NCBI GenBank assembly: GCA_035531375.1
Contig: DATKSZ010000149.1
Location: forward strand, 903-64,902
Length of the DNA stretch: 64,000 bases
Source: Terriglobales bacterium
GTDB taxonomy: Bacteria; Acidobacteriota; Terriglobia; Terriglobales; SCQP01
Direction of reading: 5' to 3'
A model generated the notes under the pieces. That model saw nothing but the letters and a program-made list of their open reading frames with translations. It was not told where the DNA came from and made no database searches. The position numbers and the translations under genes were made by a program. Position 1 is the stretch's first letter; every line of letters begins with the position of its first letter. Below, one piece after another: positions 51,740 to 62,400 of the stretch.

Positions 51740-52498
51740 ATGCGCAAAGCCCCTTCGTCCCACCTTGTGACCGCCCTCATTTCTGGTTCAGCCTTGGCGC
51801 TGTGCTTGGCCATGGCTGCCTGCGGCCACAAAGCTGTGCCTCCGCCTCCGCCCCCGGCGCCGCCCAAGGCCGCCGCCCCGGCGCCCACCATCACCCTCCA
51901 GGCCGACCCCACCGCCATCCAGAGCGGCGCCGCCTCCACCCTGACCTGGGCCTCGACCAACGCCACCCGGGTGGAATTGAACGGCACGGCGGTCAACCTC
52001 AACGGCAGCCAGCAGGTCACTCCCTCCCAGTCCACCGACTATGAGGTGGTGGCCACCAACGCCGATGGCCAGACCGCCAACGCCACCGTGCGCGTCACCG
52101 TCACCCAGCCCCCGCCGCCGCCGGCGCCTCCCGCCCCGGTCGTCCAGAATGTGGGCTCCTTCTCCGACAACGTCAAGGACGCCTTCTTCGACTACGACAA
52201 GAGCGACATCCGGCCCGACGCCGAGACCGTGCTGCAGGCCGATGCCCAGTACTTCAAGCAGAACCCCGACATCAACCTCCAGGTCGTCGGCCACTGCGAT
52301 GCCCGCGGCAGCGCCGAGTACAACCTGGCGCTGGGCGAGCGCCGCGCCGATGCGGTCAAGAACTACCTGGTGTCGCAAGGCATTGACGCCAGCCGCATCT
52401 CCACCACCAGCGTCGGCAAGGAGCAGCCCTTCTGCACCCAAACCACCGACGACTGCTACCAGCTCAACCGCCGCGGCCACTTCGTCAAGGGCAATTGA
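51740..52498 (+). CDS. pal: peptidoglycan-associated lipoprotein (OmpA-C domain) with extra Ig-like insert
   Basis: Lipobox LAMAAC. OmpA-like FDYDKSDIR..GHCDARGSAEYNLALGERRA. Confidence 0.85.
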   Translation: MRKAPSSHLVTALISGSALALCLAMAACGHKAVPPPPPPAPPKAAAPAPTITLQADPTAIQSGAASTLTWASTNATRVELNGTAVNLNGSQQVTPSQSTDYEVVATNADGQTANATVRVTVTQPPPPPAPPAPVVQNVGSFSDNVKDAFFDYDKSDIRPDAETVLQADAQYFKQNPDINLQVVGHCDARGSAEYNLALGERRADAVKNYLVSQGIDASRISTTSVGKEQPFCTQTTDDCYQLNRRGHFVKGN

Positions 52499-52508
52499 TT
52501 CCCCCGGA

Positions 52509-52537
52509 CCCTCCCGGGCCGCCGCGGCCCGGGAGGG
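52509..52537 (+). terminator. hairpin after pal (13-bp perfect stem, no U-run)
   Basis: CCCTCCCGGGCCG-CCG-CGGCCCGGGAGGG. Confidence 0.4.
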
Positions 52538-52627
52538 CCCGACCCCGCCCCCGGAGCCGGGTGCGCGGGGTACAATGAGCAAAAATCGTTAGCCGACGGC
52601 TCTGCCAGCCGCCGGGGGGAGGCTGGT

Positions 52628-53482
52628 ATGCGGAAAAATCTCGTGGCGATTGCGTTGTTGGCCGCGCTGGGGGCGCTATCGTTCTCCCGCCCCGCCGCCG
52701 CCGAAGACAAGGGCATCCTGGCGCTGCAGCAGAGCGTCAGCCTGTTGATGAGCCAGGTGGCCGACCTGCAAAGGACCCTCAACACCTCCCTGGGCATGAT
52801 GCAGGGCCTGGTGACCCAGAACACCGACACCGTCAACAAGCTCTCCGCCGCCGTGGACGGCATCCAGCGCGCCCTCAACGGCACCCAAGTGGTGTCCGCC
52901 CAGCACCAAAGCGACATCAGCAAGCAGTTCGGCTCGCTCTCCGCCACCATCTCCGAGTTGCAGGCCCACCTGCAGCGCATGGACGAGACGCTGAAGCAGA
53001 TCCACCAGATGCAGCAGACCATTCCGCCGCCCACCGCACCCGCCGCCGGCGCCGCCCCCGCCGACGCCGCCGCCGGCGACAGCGGCGCCCCCGCCGCCTC
53101 CTCCACCTCGCTGCAGCTCTACCAGACCGCCCTGCTCGACTTCCAGAAAAATTCCCCCGCCGCGCTGGGCGAACTGGCCAGCTTCATCCGCAACTATCCC
53201 AACGATCCCCAGGTGCCGGATGCCATGTACTACCTCGGCACCATCTTCATGCAGAAGACGCAGTACAACGAGGCCATAGACCGCTTCAGCCAGGTGGTCG
53301 AGCAGTACCCGGACAGCCCCAAGGCGCAGTTGGCCGAACTCAACAAGGGCATCTGCCTCGCCCGCCTGGGCAACCGCACCGCCGCCATCAGCGAGCTGCG
53401 GGCGCTGAAGAAGAACTACGCCGGCACCGAGGCCGCTCGCCAAGCCGACATCGAACTGCGCAGCCTGCTGCGCGTCCGCTAG
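52628..53482 (+). CDS. cpoB: Tol-Pal system protein YbgF/CpoB
   Basis: Leader, coiled-coil N-domain, C-terminal TPR (YYLGTIFMQKTQYNEAIDRFSQVVEQYPDSPKA). Confidence 0.8.
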   Translation: MRKNLVAIALLAALGALSFSRPAAAEDKGILALQQSVSLLMSQVADLQRTLNTSLGMMQGLVTQNTDTVNKLSAAVDGIQRALNGTQVVSAQHQSDISKQFGSLSATISELQAHLQRMDETLKQIHQMQQTIPPPTAPAAGAAPADAAAGDSGAPAASSTSLQLYQTALLDFQKNSPAALGELASFIRNYPNDPQVPDAMYYLGTIFMQKTQYNEAIDRFSQVVEQYPDSPKAQLAELNKGICLARLGNRTAAISELRALKKNYAGTEAARQADIELRSLLRVR

Positions 53483-53515
53483 CGCCCTCCCAACCCAGCC
53501 CCGCCGGCCGCGGTG

Positions 53516-53556
53516 GCACAGCCCGTCTTGGCTGTGCAGGCGCCAGCTTGGCTGGC
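53516..53556. terminator. two adjacent hairpins between convergent genes
   Basis: GCACAGCC-CGTCTT-GGCTGTGC and GCCAGC-TTG-GCTGGC. No U-run. Confidence 0.35.
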
Positions 53557-53557
53557 C

Positions 53558-54607
53558 TCAGTTTCCGCCGCAGCAGACCGGCGGGCTGCCCCCCGGCGGC
53601 GGCATGCCCGGCAGGCTGGGCGTGGGCGGCGCGCCCGGCGCCGTCGGCATCGTCGGCGGCGCCTGCCCCGGCAGGCCCGCCCCCGGCGGCGGCAAGCTCA
53701 TGGCGCCGTTGCCGCTCGGGCGCGGCGGCGGCGCGTCGCCGGGACGGCGCAGCGTGGGCGGCGGTTCCGCCGCCTCCCGCTCCTCCTGCGCCGCCTCCCG
53801 CTGCTGTTGCCGCGCCTGCGACGCCAGCGCCGGGTCGGGGGTGCTGTCCACGATGTGGGTGCCGTTGGGCAGGTAGGTCGTCACCCGCGCCACCCGCCCG
53901 CCGATGAAGCGCACAAACACCGTCTTCGCCGGCGGTCGGCCATACATCCAATCCTCGTAGGGCTGCCCCTGGGCGCTGGTCTCGCGGTCCTTGTTGTTGG
54001 TCCGCCCCAGCGCCGCCACCACCATCCCCGGGGTCATGCCCACCAGCACCCGATGGCTGTGGATGGCCGCCTTTACCGGCGCCGGCAGCGCCCGCACCAT
54101 CATCTCCGCCTCCGCCGGCCGGTCCCAGTCGATCAGCGCCCCCAAATCCGCCTTCACCGCCGCCGGCGTCAGCGGCGGCACCCCGCCGGCGAAGTGCAGC
54201 GTGATCAATGCTCCCCGCGGCCCCACCTGGCTCGGCCCCACCGGCTGCGCCCCGCCCCCCATGCCGATGGAGACGTGGTTGTACCAGTGGTCCTTGTGCG
54301 GCCCGCCGTTGAGGTCAAATACAATGCGGTCGCCCTTGAACGTGATGGCGGTGATCGCCACCCGGTCGCCCACTTTGGCGGCGAGGCCGTGCTCCTGCAG
54401 CGCCTGCGCCACCTTGCTCGGGTCCAGCACCTGCCCGCTCGCGCCCAGGTCCACGCCGTGCTTGTTCGGCGGCAGCGCTTGGCGGGCAATGCCCACCTCG
54501 GCGATCAGGCTGCGGATGATGGCCATCTTCTGCGCCTCGCTGATGCGCGGCGCCGAGGCCGCCAGCGGCAGCCACAACAGCCCCCCCAGTCCCAGCACAG
54601 CCCCCAT
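53558..54607 (-). CDS. secreted hypothetical protein with Pro-rich C-terminus
   Basis: Start MGAVLGLGGLLWLPLAASA (leader). The longer ORF 5' extension is only antisense repeat sequence. Confidence 0.6.
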   Translation of the reverse strand: MGAVLGLGGLLWLPLAASAPRISEAQKMAIIRSLIAEVGIARQALPPNKHGVDLGASGQVLDPSKVAQALQEHGLAAKVGDRVAITAITFKGDRIVFDLNGGPHKDHWYNHVSIGMGGGAQPVGPSQVGPRGALITLHFAGGVPPLTPAAVKADLGALIDWDRPAEAEMMVRALPAPVKAAIHSHRVLVGMTPGMVVAALGRTNNKDRETSAQGQPYEDWMYGRPPAKTVFVRFIGGRVARVTTYLPNGTHIVDSTPDPALASQARQQQREAAQEEREAAEPPPTLRRPGDAPPPRPSGNGAMSLPPPGAGLPGQAPPTMPTAPGAPPTPSLPGMPPPGGSPPVCCGGN

Positions 54608-54654
54608 CGTGCGATAGCCAAACACGATGGCTCTATTATAGTCCCCTCGCCGCC

Positions 54655-54773
54655 GCGCGAGCATGCCGCCCCGCGCTGTTACAGCGGGGCGGCTCACAAG
54701 CGGGCCGCGCGCCGCACCGGCCTGGCGCTTGCTACAGCCGGGCCGGGCAGGCGCGCTGGGGCCCGCGCCCACC
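54655..54773 (+). repeat. mosaic repeat, H6 plus nested tail modules (copy H)
   Basis: GAGCATGCCGCCCCGCG...GGGGCCCGCGCCCACC. Lies between two minus-strand genes, yet in plus orientation. Confidence 0.85.
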
Positions 54774-54794
54774 AAGGCGCGCCCGCGCCCGTCT

Positions 54795-55160
54795 TCAGTG
54801 CGGCAGCTCGACCTCGATCTGGTTGAGCACGTGGAAGCCCCGCCAGCCGTCCTTGGCCGCCACCGCCCGCGCCATGCGCGTGGCCACCCCCTTGTGCTCG
54901 GCCGAGTGCACCACCCCGCGCAGGGTGATGTCGTCGCCGCTGACCGCTAAATTGACCTGGTCGCCGCTCAGCGGCGCGGCGCGCAGCGCCGCCGCCAAGT
55001 CCTGCTCCAGCGCCGCCGCGCTCTTGGGCCCGGCCGGCTTGGCCGGCGCATTGTGGACGAACTTGCCCGCCCGGGCGGCGGGATGCAGGGGGTGGGCGGG
55101 GGCGTGCGCCGGCGTTTGCGGCAGCCAGAAAAAGGCGAACAGAAGCGTGGGCAGGAGCAT
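54795..55160 (-). CDS. BON-domain protein
   Basis: Leader. C-terminal VNLAVSGDDITLRGVVHSAEHKGVATRMA pattern of BON domains. Confidence 0.65.
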   Translation of the reverse strand: MLLPTLLFAFFWLPQTPAHAPAHPLHPAARAGKFVHNAPAKPAGPKSAAALEQDLAAALRAAPLSGDQVNLAVSGDDITLRGVVHSAEHKGVATRMARAVAAKDGWRGFHVLNQIEVELPH

Positions 55161-55192
55161 GGCTCTTCCTGCAACGATACTACAATAGCCCC

Positions 55193-56194
55193 ATGGAACA
55201 CGGCGATTTCTGCGACCTGCTGATTGTCGGCGCCGGCCCCACCGGCTTGGCCTGCGCCATCGAGGCGGGCAAAGCCGGGCTGCGCGCTATCGTGGTGGAA
55301 AAAGGCTGCCTGGTCAACTCCCTGTTTCACTACCCCGCCAACATGGTCTTCTTCACCACCTCCGAGCTGCTGGAGATCGGCGGCGTGCCCTTCACCACCG
55401 CCCTCGCCAAGCCCAACCGCCTGGAGGCGCTGGAGTACTACCGCAAGGTCGCCGCCCACTTCGCCCTCGACACCCGCCTTTACGAGCGCGTCGAGGCCAT
55501 CTCCCCTCTCCTGCCCGGTTTCGAGGTCGCCACCACCCGCGCCGACGGCAGCCGCGGCCGCTACCGCGCCGCCGCCGTGGTCATCGCCACCGGCTACTAT
55601 GACCTGCCCAACCTAATGGGCATTCCCGGCGAGGACCTTCCCCACGTCCGCCACTACTTCCAGGAGGCCCACGCCTTCGCCGGCCAGGAGGTGGCCATTA
55701 TCGGCGGCAAGAACTTCGCCGCCGAGACCGCCCTCGACCTCTACCGCCATGGCGCCCGCGTCACCCTCATCCACCGCCAGGCCGAGCTCGCCGCCAGCAT
55801 CAAGTATTGGGTCCGCCCCGACATCGACAACCGCATCAAGGCGGGCGAGATCCGCGCCCGCTTCCGCACCCGCGTGCTCGAGGTCCTGCCCGGCCGCCTG
55901 CGCCTCGCCACCCCCGAGGGCGAGGCCGAGATGCGCGCCGATTTCGTCTTCGCCCTCACCGGCTACCATCCCGACTTCGACTTCCTCCGCGCCGCCGGCG
56001 TCGCGCTCGACCCCGCCTCCCGCCCGCTCTGCGATCCCGCCAGCTACCAGACCAACGTCCCCGGCCTCTACCTCGGCGGCGTGGTCGTCGCCGGCCGCAA
56101 CACCTCGGAGATCTTCATCGAGAACGGCCGCTTCCACGGCCAGGTGATCGTCGCCCACCTCCTCGCCCAGCGCGCCGCCGCCCCACTGGCATGA
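55193..56194 (+). CDS. YpdA-family FAD/NAD(P)-dependent disulfide reductase (putative bacillithiol disulfide reductase)
   Basis: DLLIVGAGPTGLACAIEA, LVNSLFHYPANMVFFTTSELLEIGG, second Rossmann motif IIGGKNFAAE. Confidence 0.8.
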   Translation: MEHGDFCDLLIVGAGPTGLACAIEAGKAGLRAIVVEKGCLVNSLFHYPANMVFFTTSELLEIGGVPFTTALAKPNRLEALEYYRKVAAHFALDTRLYERVEAISPLLPGFEVATTRADGSRGRYRAAAVVIATGYYDLPNLMGIPGEDLPHVRHYFQEAHAFAGQEVAIIGGKNFAAETALDLYRHGARVTLIHRQAELAASIKYWVRPDIDNRIKAGEIRARFRTRVLEVLPGRLRLATPEGEAEMRADFVFALTGYHPDFDFLRAAGVALDPASRPLCDPASYQTNVPGLYLGGVVVAGRNTSEIFIENGRFHGQVIVAHLLAQRAAAPLA

Positions 56195-56622
56195 CCACCG
56201 AGACCATCCTGCAGATCGAGACCAGCCTGGACGACTGCAGCCCGCAGGTGGTCGGCTACGTGCTCGAGCGGGCGCTCGAGCTGGGCGCGCTCGACGCCTA
56301 CGCCCTCGCCGCGCAGATGAAGAAGCACCGCCCCGGCGTAGTGCTCACCCTGCTCGCCCGCCCGGAGCGGCGCGACGTGCTGGTGGAACTGCTGCTGCGC
56401 GAGACCCCCACCCTGGGGGTGCGCATCCTGGCCTGCGAACGCGTGGTGCTGGAGCGCGCCCAGGCCACGGTCGCCACCCCCTTCGGCCCCATCCAGGTCA
56501 AGGCCGCCGGCGACAAGGCCGCGCCCGAATACGACGATTGCCGCGCCGCCGCCCGCCGCCATGGCGTCCCCCTGCGCCAAGTTATGGATGCCGCCCTCGC
56601 CGCCTGGCGCCGCCAAAGTTAG
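56191..56622 (+). CDS. stand-alone LarC C-terminal domain protein (DUF111 C-terminal part)
   Basis: ATGA overlap with ypdA. ETSLDDCSPQ..GALDAY..QMKKHRPG..RETPTLGVR..PFGPIQVK..PEYDDC resembles the C-terminal third of LarC nickel-insertion proteins. The N-terminal two thirds are absent. Confidence 0.7.
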   Translation: MTTETILQIETSLDDCSPQVVGYVLERALELGALDAYALAAQMKKHRPGVVLTLLARPERRDVLVELLLRETPTLGVRILACERVVLERAQATVATPFGPIQVKAAGDKAAPEYDDCRAAARRHGVPLRQVMDAALAAWRRQS

Positions 56623-56720
56623 CCCCGCCCCCCCTGTTTTTTGCCCCGCCGCGGCCGGGGAAATATGAGATACTGGCAATCACGCTGGATCCCCCCCCCG
56701 AGTGAGTTGGTGCTGGTAGC

Positions 56721-57932
56721 ATGGATATTCGCACTCTGCTGTTGGGCGATCTGGTGTTGCAGGTGTGCTGTGCCCTGGGCCTGCTGCTGATGAGCCGCGG
56801 CGTGCCCGGCTTCCGGGGCCTGCGCTGGTTCGCCTGGGCCTACGCCGGCGCCACCGCCGGCATCGTGCTGATGCTGCTCCAGGGCCACCTGCCCGCCCCC
56901 TGGACCATGGCCGCCGGGCGCACCCTGCTGCTGCTGGCGGCGGTGCTGCTCACCCAGGGCATCGCCGAGTTCGTGGTGCCCGCGTCCAGCGCCCTGGGCT
57001 GGGGCCTGCCGCTGCTGGGCGTCTATGCCCTGGTGGATTTCCTCCGCCCCCACGGCAGCCCCGGCTCGGTGGGCGAGGTGGTGCTGTTCGGCGTCGCCTT
57101 CGCCGCCCAACTGCTGGTCGGCATCCTGGTGCTGGCCTCCAATCCCCACCCCGCCGAGCGCACCGCCAGCCGCGCCACCGCCGGCCTGCTCGCCGGCTTG
57201 GCCACCCTCAGCCTGGCCCGCGCCGCCATCGCCCCGCTGCGCCGCCTCGGCCCCGCCTCCAGCTCCTACAACGCCCTCATGTTCGGCGGCGTGGTGCTCC
57301 ACATGCTCTTCAGCGCCGGCATGGCCTTCGGCTTCATTTGGATGATGACCGCGCGCCTGCGCCAGGAGTGGGAACACCAGGCCCGCACCGACGACCTCAC
57401 CGGCCTGCCCAACCGCCGCGCCCTCGAGCTCGCCGGCGAGCGCGAACTGGCCGCCTGCCGCCGCCGCGGCGGCCCGCTGGCGGTGCTGGCCATGGACCTG
57501 GACCACTTCAAGCAGCTCAACGACACCTACGGCCACGCCGCCGGCGACCGCGTGCTGGCCGCCGCCGCCCGCGCCTTCGCCGCCGGCCTGCGCAGCTCCG
57601 ACCTGGTCGGCCGCCTGGGCGGGGAGGAGTTCGCCGCCGTGCTGCCCGAGCGCGACGCCGAGCGCGCCCTGGAGATCGCCGAGCGCCTCCGCCTCCGCCT
57701 GGAATCACTCCGCGTCAGCTTCGAGGGCCAGCCCCTGCGCATCACCGCCAGCCTGGGCGTGGCCGCCCTCGCCGATCCCGGCGAGGGCTGGCACGAGCTG
57801 CTGCGCCGCGCCGACCGCGCCCTCTACGAGGCCAAGCGCGCCGGCCGCAACTGCTGCCGCAGCGCCGAGGCCGCCCCCCCCGGCCCCGCCCCCTGCGCCG
57901 TCGCCAGCGCCGGCGCCCGCGCCACCGCCTAG
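56721..57932 (+). CDS. membrane-bound diguanylate cyclase (GGDEF)
   Basis: About 6 N-terminal TM helices. DDLTGLPNRRAL, DLDHFKQLNDTYGHAAGD and RLGGEEF active-site motifs. Confidence 0.85.
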   Translation: MDIRTLLLGDLVLQVCCALGLLLMSRGVPGFRGLRWFAWAYAGATAGIVLMLLQGHLPAPWTMAAGRTLLLLAAVLLTQGIAEFVVPASSALGWGLPLLGVYALVDFLRPHGSPGSVGEVVLFGVAFAAQLLVGILVLASNPHPAERTASRATAGLLAGLATLSLARAAIAPLRRLGPASSSYNALMFGGVVLHMLFSAGMAFGFIWMMTARLRQEWEHQARTDDLTGLPNRRALELAGERELAACRRRGGPLAVLAMDLDHFKQLNDTYGHAAGDRVLAAAARAFAAGLRSSDLVGRLGGEEFAAVLPERDAERALEIAERLRLRLESLRVSFEGQPLRITASLGVAALADPGEGWHELLRRADRALYEAKRAGRNCCRSAEAAPPGPAPCAVASAGARATA

Positions 57933-57942
57933 CCCGGCCGGA

Positions 57943-58239
57943 CTAGCCGCCCGCAATCGCCCCCAGCACGATCAGCGGCTCCTCCCCCCGCGCCACCGCC
58001 GCCGGCAGCGGCGTCTCCGGCGGTTCGTGGGAGACATCGCGCGCCCCGGCGAAGTAGCGCACGTAGGCCCGCCGCCGCCCGCTGTCGTGCTCGCGAAGGG
58101 TGCCCCGCAGCATGGGATAGCGCGCCTCCAGCGCCTCCAGCGCCGCCCCCAGCGTCGCCTCCCCCCCCAACTCCAGCTCCACCGCCGCGCCCACCCCCGC
58201 CAACGTGCGCAAATGCGGCGGCAGCTCCACCACGATCAC
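57943..58239 (-). CDS. MoaD/ThiS-family ubiquitin-like sulfur-carrier-type protein ending in Gly-Gly
   Basis: GTG start overlapping the upstream stop (GTGA). 98 aa; C-terminus ...VLGAIAGG. Confidence 0.7.
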   Translation of the reverse strand: MIVVELPPHLRTLAGVGAAVELELGGEATLGAALEALEARYPMLRGTLREHDSGRRRAYVRYFAGARDVSHEPPETPLPAAVARGEEPLIVLGAIAGG

Positions 58240-59420
58240 GGCAGCACCTGCGCCTCCACCGACAGCACCGCCGGCAGGTCGCGCACGATCGCGTTCCAGC
58301 TCTCGCCCCCGTCGGCGGAGGCGTAGACCTGCCCCCCCGTGGTGCCGAAGTACACCCCGCAGGGATCGAGCTGGTCCACCGCCATCGCCTCGCGCAGCAC
58401 GTCCACGTAGCAGTCGCGGTCGGGCAGCCCCCGCCCCAGCTCCTGCCATCTCTCCTCCCCGCCCCGGCTGCGGTACACCCGCAGCTTGCCCCCCGGCGGA
58501 TAATGCTCGCTGTCGCTCTTGATCGGCACCACGTAGACCGTCTCCGGCTCGTGCGCGTGCACCTCCACCACAAAGCCAAAGTCGGTGGGCAGGTCGCCGC
58601 TGATCTCCCGCCAGTCGTCGCCGGCGTTGTCGCTGCGCATCACGTCCCAGTGCTTCTGCATGAACAGCGTCTCCGGCCGCGCCGGGTGGCGGGCGATGCG
58701 GTGCACGCAGTGGCCGATCGCGGCGGCGGGGTCGGGCAGGTAGCCGGAGCGCAGCCCGCGGTTGATCGGCCGCCAGCTCGCCCCCCCGTCGTCGCTGCGA
58801 AAGGCGCCGGCGGCGGAGATCGCCACCCACAGGCGCCCCGGCCGCGCCCGATCCAGCAGGATGGTGTGCAGGCACAGCCCCCCCGCCCCCGGCTGCCACT
58901 GCGGGCCGGTGCCGTGGCCGCGCAGCCCCGCCAGCTCTTGCCAGCTCTCCCCCCCGTTGCTCGAGCGGAACAGCGCCGCGTCCTCCACCCCGGCGTAGAC
59001 CAGGTCGGGATCGTCCGGCGCCGGCTCCAGGTGCCACACCCGCTTGAACTCCCAGGCGTGCTGGGTGCCGTCGTACCACTGGTGGGTGGTCAGCGGCCGG
59101 CCCGTCGCCGCCGTGGTGTCGTAGGCGAAGCGGTTGCTCTCCCCCCGGGCCGGTCCCGGCGCGGCCGCCGCCCCGCCCGCCGGCGTGCCCGGCTGCTGCC
59201 AGCTCCGGCCCCCGTCGTCGGAGCGCTGCAGCACCTGCCCGAACCAGTCGCTCGCCTGCGAGGCGTAGAGGCGGTTGGGGTCGGCGGGCGAGCCCTTGAG
59301 GTGGTAGACCGGCCAGCCCGCGAACAACGGCCCGGCGATCTCCCACTGCCGCCGCTGGCCGTCGGCGCTCAGCAGAAAAGCGCCCTTGCGCGTGCCCACC
59401 AATACCCGTACCCGGCTCAT
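58236..59420 (-). CDS. cytoplasmic BNR/sialidase-like beta-propeller protein
   Basis: No leader. Asp-box-like motifs ([44 protein letters not shown]). Confidence 0.75.
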   Translation of the reverse strand: MSRVRVLVGTRKGAFLLSADGQRRQWEIAGPLFAGWPVYHLKGSPADPNRLYASQASDWFGQVLQRSDDGGRSWQQPGTPAGGAAAAPGPARGESNRFAYDTTAATGRPLTTHQWYDGTQHAWEFKRVWHLEPAPDDPDLVYAGVEDAALFRSSNGGESWQELAGLRGHGTGPQWQPGAGGLCLHTILLDRARPGRLWVAISAAGAFRSDDGGASWRPINRGLRSGYLPDPAAAIGHCVHRIARHPARPETLFMQKHWDVMRSDNAGDDWREISGDLPTDFGFVVEVHAHEPETVYVVPIKSDSEHYPPGGKLRVYRSRGGEERWQELGRGLPDRDCYVDVLREAMAVDQLDPCGVYFGTTGGQVYASADGGESWNAIVRDLPAVLSVEAQVLP

Positions 59421-59442
59421 CCTCCCCGTCTCCTTCCCCGGT

Positions 59443-62400
59443 CTAGTAGCTCGGCGCCGCCTCCCCCGCCACCGCCGCCGGCTGCGCCTTCTTCTTCCCC
59501 ATCCAGCCCTGCAGCCGGTCCATGTAGATGTACACCACCGGCGTGATATACAGCGTCAGGAACTGCGCCAGCACCAGGCCCCCCACCACCGCCAGCCCCA
59601 GCGGCCGCCGGCTCTCCGCCCCCGGCCCGGTGCCGATGGCGATCGGCAGCGTCCCCACCAGCGCGCAGAAGGTGGTCATCATGATGGGGCGGAAGCGCAC
59701 CAGCGCCCCCTGGTAGATCGCCTCCTCCGGCCCGTGGTTGTTCTCCCGCTCCGCCTGCAGCGCGAAGTCGATCATCATGATGGCGTTCTTCTTCACGATC
59801 CCGATCAGCATGATGATGCCCACGATGGAATAGATGTTCAGGTCCACGTGGAAGTACCACAGCGTCAGCAGCGCCCCGCACGCCGCCGCCGGCAGCCCCG
59901 ACAGGATGGTGAGCGGGTGGATGAAGCTCTCGTAGAGGATGCCCAGCACGATGTAGATCACCAGCACCGTCATCACCAGCAGCAGCGCCATCCCCTGCAT
60001 GGACTGCTGGAACACCTGCGCCGTGCCCTGGAAGGTCAGGTTGATGGTGGGCGGCAGCATCTCCCGCGCCGTCTGCTGGATCAGGTCCACCGCCGTGCCC
60101 AGCGACGCCCCCAGCTTCAGGTCGAAGGAGATGGTCACCGCCGGAAACTGCCCGATGTGGTTCACCGTCAGCGGCCCCAGGCTCTGGGTGAAGTTGGTCA
60201 CCGCGCTCAGCGGCACCAGCGCCCCGTTGCTGGAGTGCACGTAGAGGTAGGAGAGCGTCTGCGGGTTGAGCTGGTACTTCTGCTGCAGCTCGGTGATGAC
60301 GTAGTACTCGTCGTCGGGGGCGTAGATCATGGACAACTGCCGCTGCCCGTAGGCGGTGTAGAGCGCCTGCTCGATCTGGCTGGCGCTCACCCCCAGGCTG
60401 CTGGCCTTGTCGCGGTTGATCACCACGTTCACCTGCGGGTTCTGCATCTGCATGTCGGTGTTCACATCCTTGAGGATGGCGAACTGCGACAGCTTCTGCG
60501 CCAGCAGCGGGGCGTAGTGGTAGAGCTCGTCCGGGTTGGTCCCCTCCAGCGCCACCTGGTACAGGCTCTTGGTGCCGTGCGCCCCGATCTTGATCGGCGG
60601 CGGGTTCTGCAGGAACACCTGCACCCCCGGGATTTTGGCCAGCACCGGCCGCACCGCCGCGATGATCTGGTCGGCGCTGCGGCTGCGCTCCGCCCGCGGC
60701 TTGAGGTGGTCGTAGACGGCGCCGGTGTTGCCCGCCCCGCCCCCCGCCATCGCCATCGCTGCCTGCGTCTCCGGCAGCGCGTCGAACACCTTGATCACCT
60801 CCAGCTCGTGCTGCCGCATCGCCGTCCAGGAGATGCCCTGCGCCGCCTGCACCTGCGCCACCACCTCGTCCATGTCCTGGTTGGGCAAAAAGCCGGTGGG
60901 CAGGATGAGGAACAGCTTGATGGTCAGGCCCAGCACCGCCAGCGCTCCCAGCATGGTCAGCGCCGGATGCCGCAGCACCGCCTTCAGGGTGGCGTTGTAG
61001 GCGCGGTACATCAACTGGTAGCCGCCCTCGAGGAAGTTGTACACCGCGCCGTGGCGGCGGTGCCCCTCCGGTTTGAGGAAGCGGCTGCACAGCATCGGCG
61101 TCAAGGTCAGCGACACCAGCCCGCTCACCAGGATGGCCGCCCCGATGGTCACCGCAAACTCGTGCAGCAGCCGCCCCAGCACCCCACCCATGAACAGGAA
61201 GGGGATGAACACCGCCGACAGCGACAGCGTCATGGAGAGGATGGTGAAGCTGATCTCCTTGCTGCCGTCAAACGCCGCCTGCAGCGCCGCCTTGCCCATC
61301 TCCATGTGGCGGACGATGTTCTCCAGCATCACGATGGCGTCGTCCACCACGAAGCCCACCGACAGCGTCAGCGCCAGCAGCGAGAGGTTGTCCAGGCTGT
61401 AGTGCAGCAGGTACATCACCGCGAACGTGCCCACGATGGTGAACGGCAAAGCCAGGCTGGGGATGGCGGTGGCGGAGATGTTCTTCAGGAACAGGAAGAT
61501 CACCAGCACCACCAGGAACATGGTCAGCAGCAGGGTGAACTTGACGTCGTTGACCGAGGCCCGCACCGGAATCGATTTGTCGTACTCCACCTGCAGCTTG
61601 ATCGAGGGCGGGATCGAGCGCTGCATCGCCGGGATCAGCGCCTTCACCCGGTCCACCGTGTTGATGGTGTTCGCCCCCGGCTGCTTGTTGATGGTCAGCA
61701 GCACCGCCGGGGTGCCGTTCACCCAGCTCTCGTTCTTGTCCACCAGCACGCTGTCCACCACGTGGGCGATGTCCTGCAGCCGCACCGGCGCGCCGTTGTG
61801 CTCGGCCACGATCAGCGAGCGGAAGGCGGCGGCGCTGGTCAACTGCCCGGTGGCCTGCACCGTGTAGGCCTTGTTCTTCCCCCACAGCACCCCGGCCGGC
61901 AGGTTCACGTTGCCGTTCTGGATCGCCGTCTGCACCTGGTCAATCCCCACCCCCCGCGCCGCCATCGCCAGCGGGTTCAACTGCACCCGCACCGCGTACT
62001 TGCGCGCCCCCATCACGTTCACCTGCGCCACCCCGCTCAGCATCGAGATCTGCTGCCCCACCACGTCCTCGGCGTAGTGGTCCACCGTCGACAGCGGCTG
62101 CGTGCTCGAGCTCAGCGCCAGGTTGAGGATGGAGGTGTCGGCCGGGTTGACCTTGTGGAAGGTGGGCGGCGCCGGCATGCCCTGCGGCAACTGCCCTCCC
62201 GCCGCGTTGATCGCCGTCTGCACATCCCCCGCCGCCCCGTCTATGTCCCGGCTCAGGTCGAACTGCAGCGCGATCGAGGTCGAGCCCTGCTGGCTGCTCG
62301 AGCTCATCTCGTCCAGCCCGGGGATGGCGGCGAACTGCTTCTCCAGCGGCGTCGCCACCGAGCTCGCCATGGTCTGCGCGCTCGCCCCCGGCAGCCCCGC

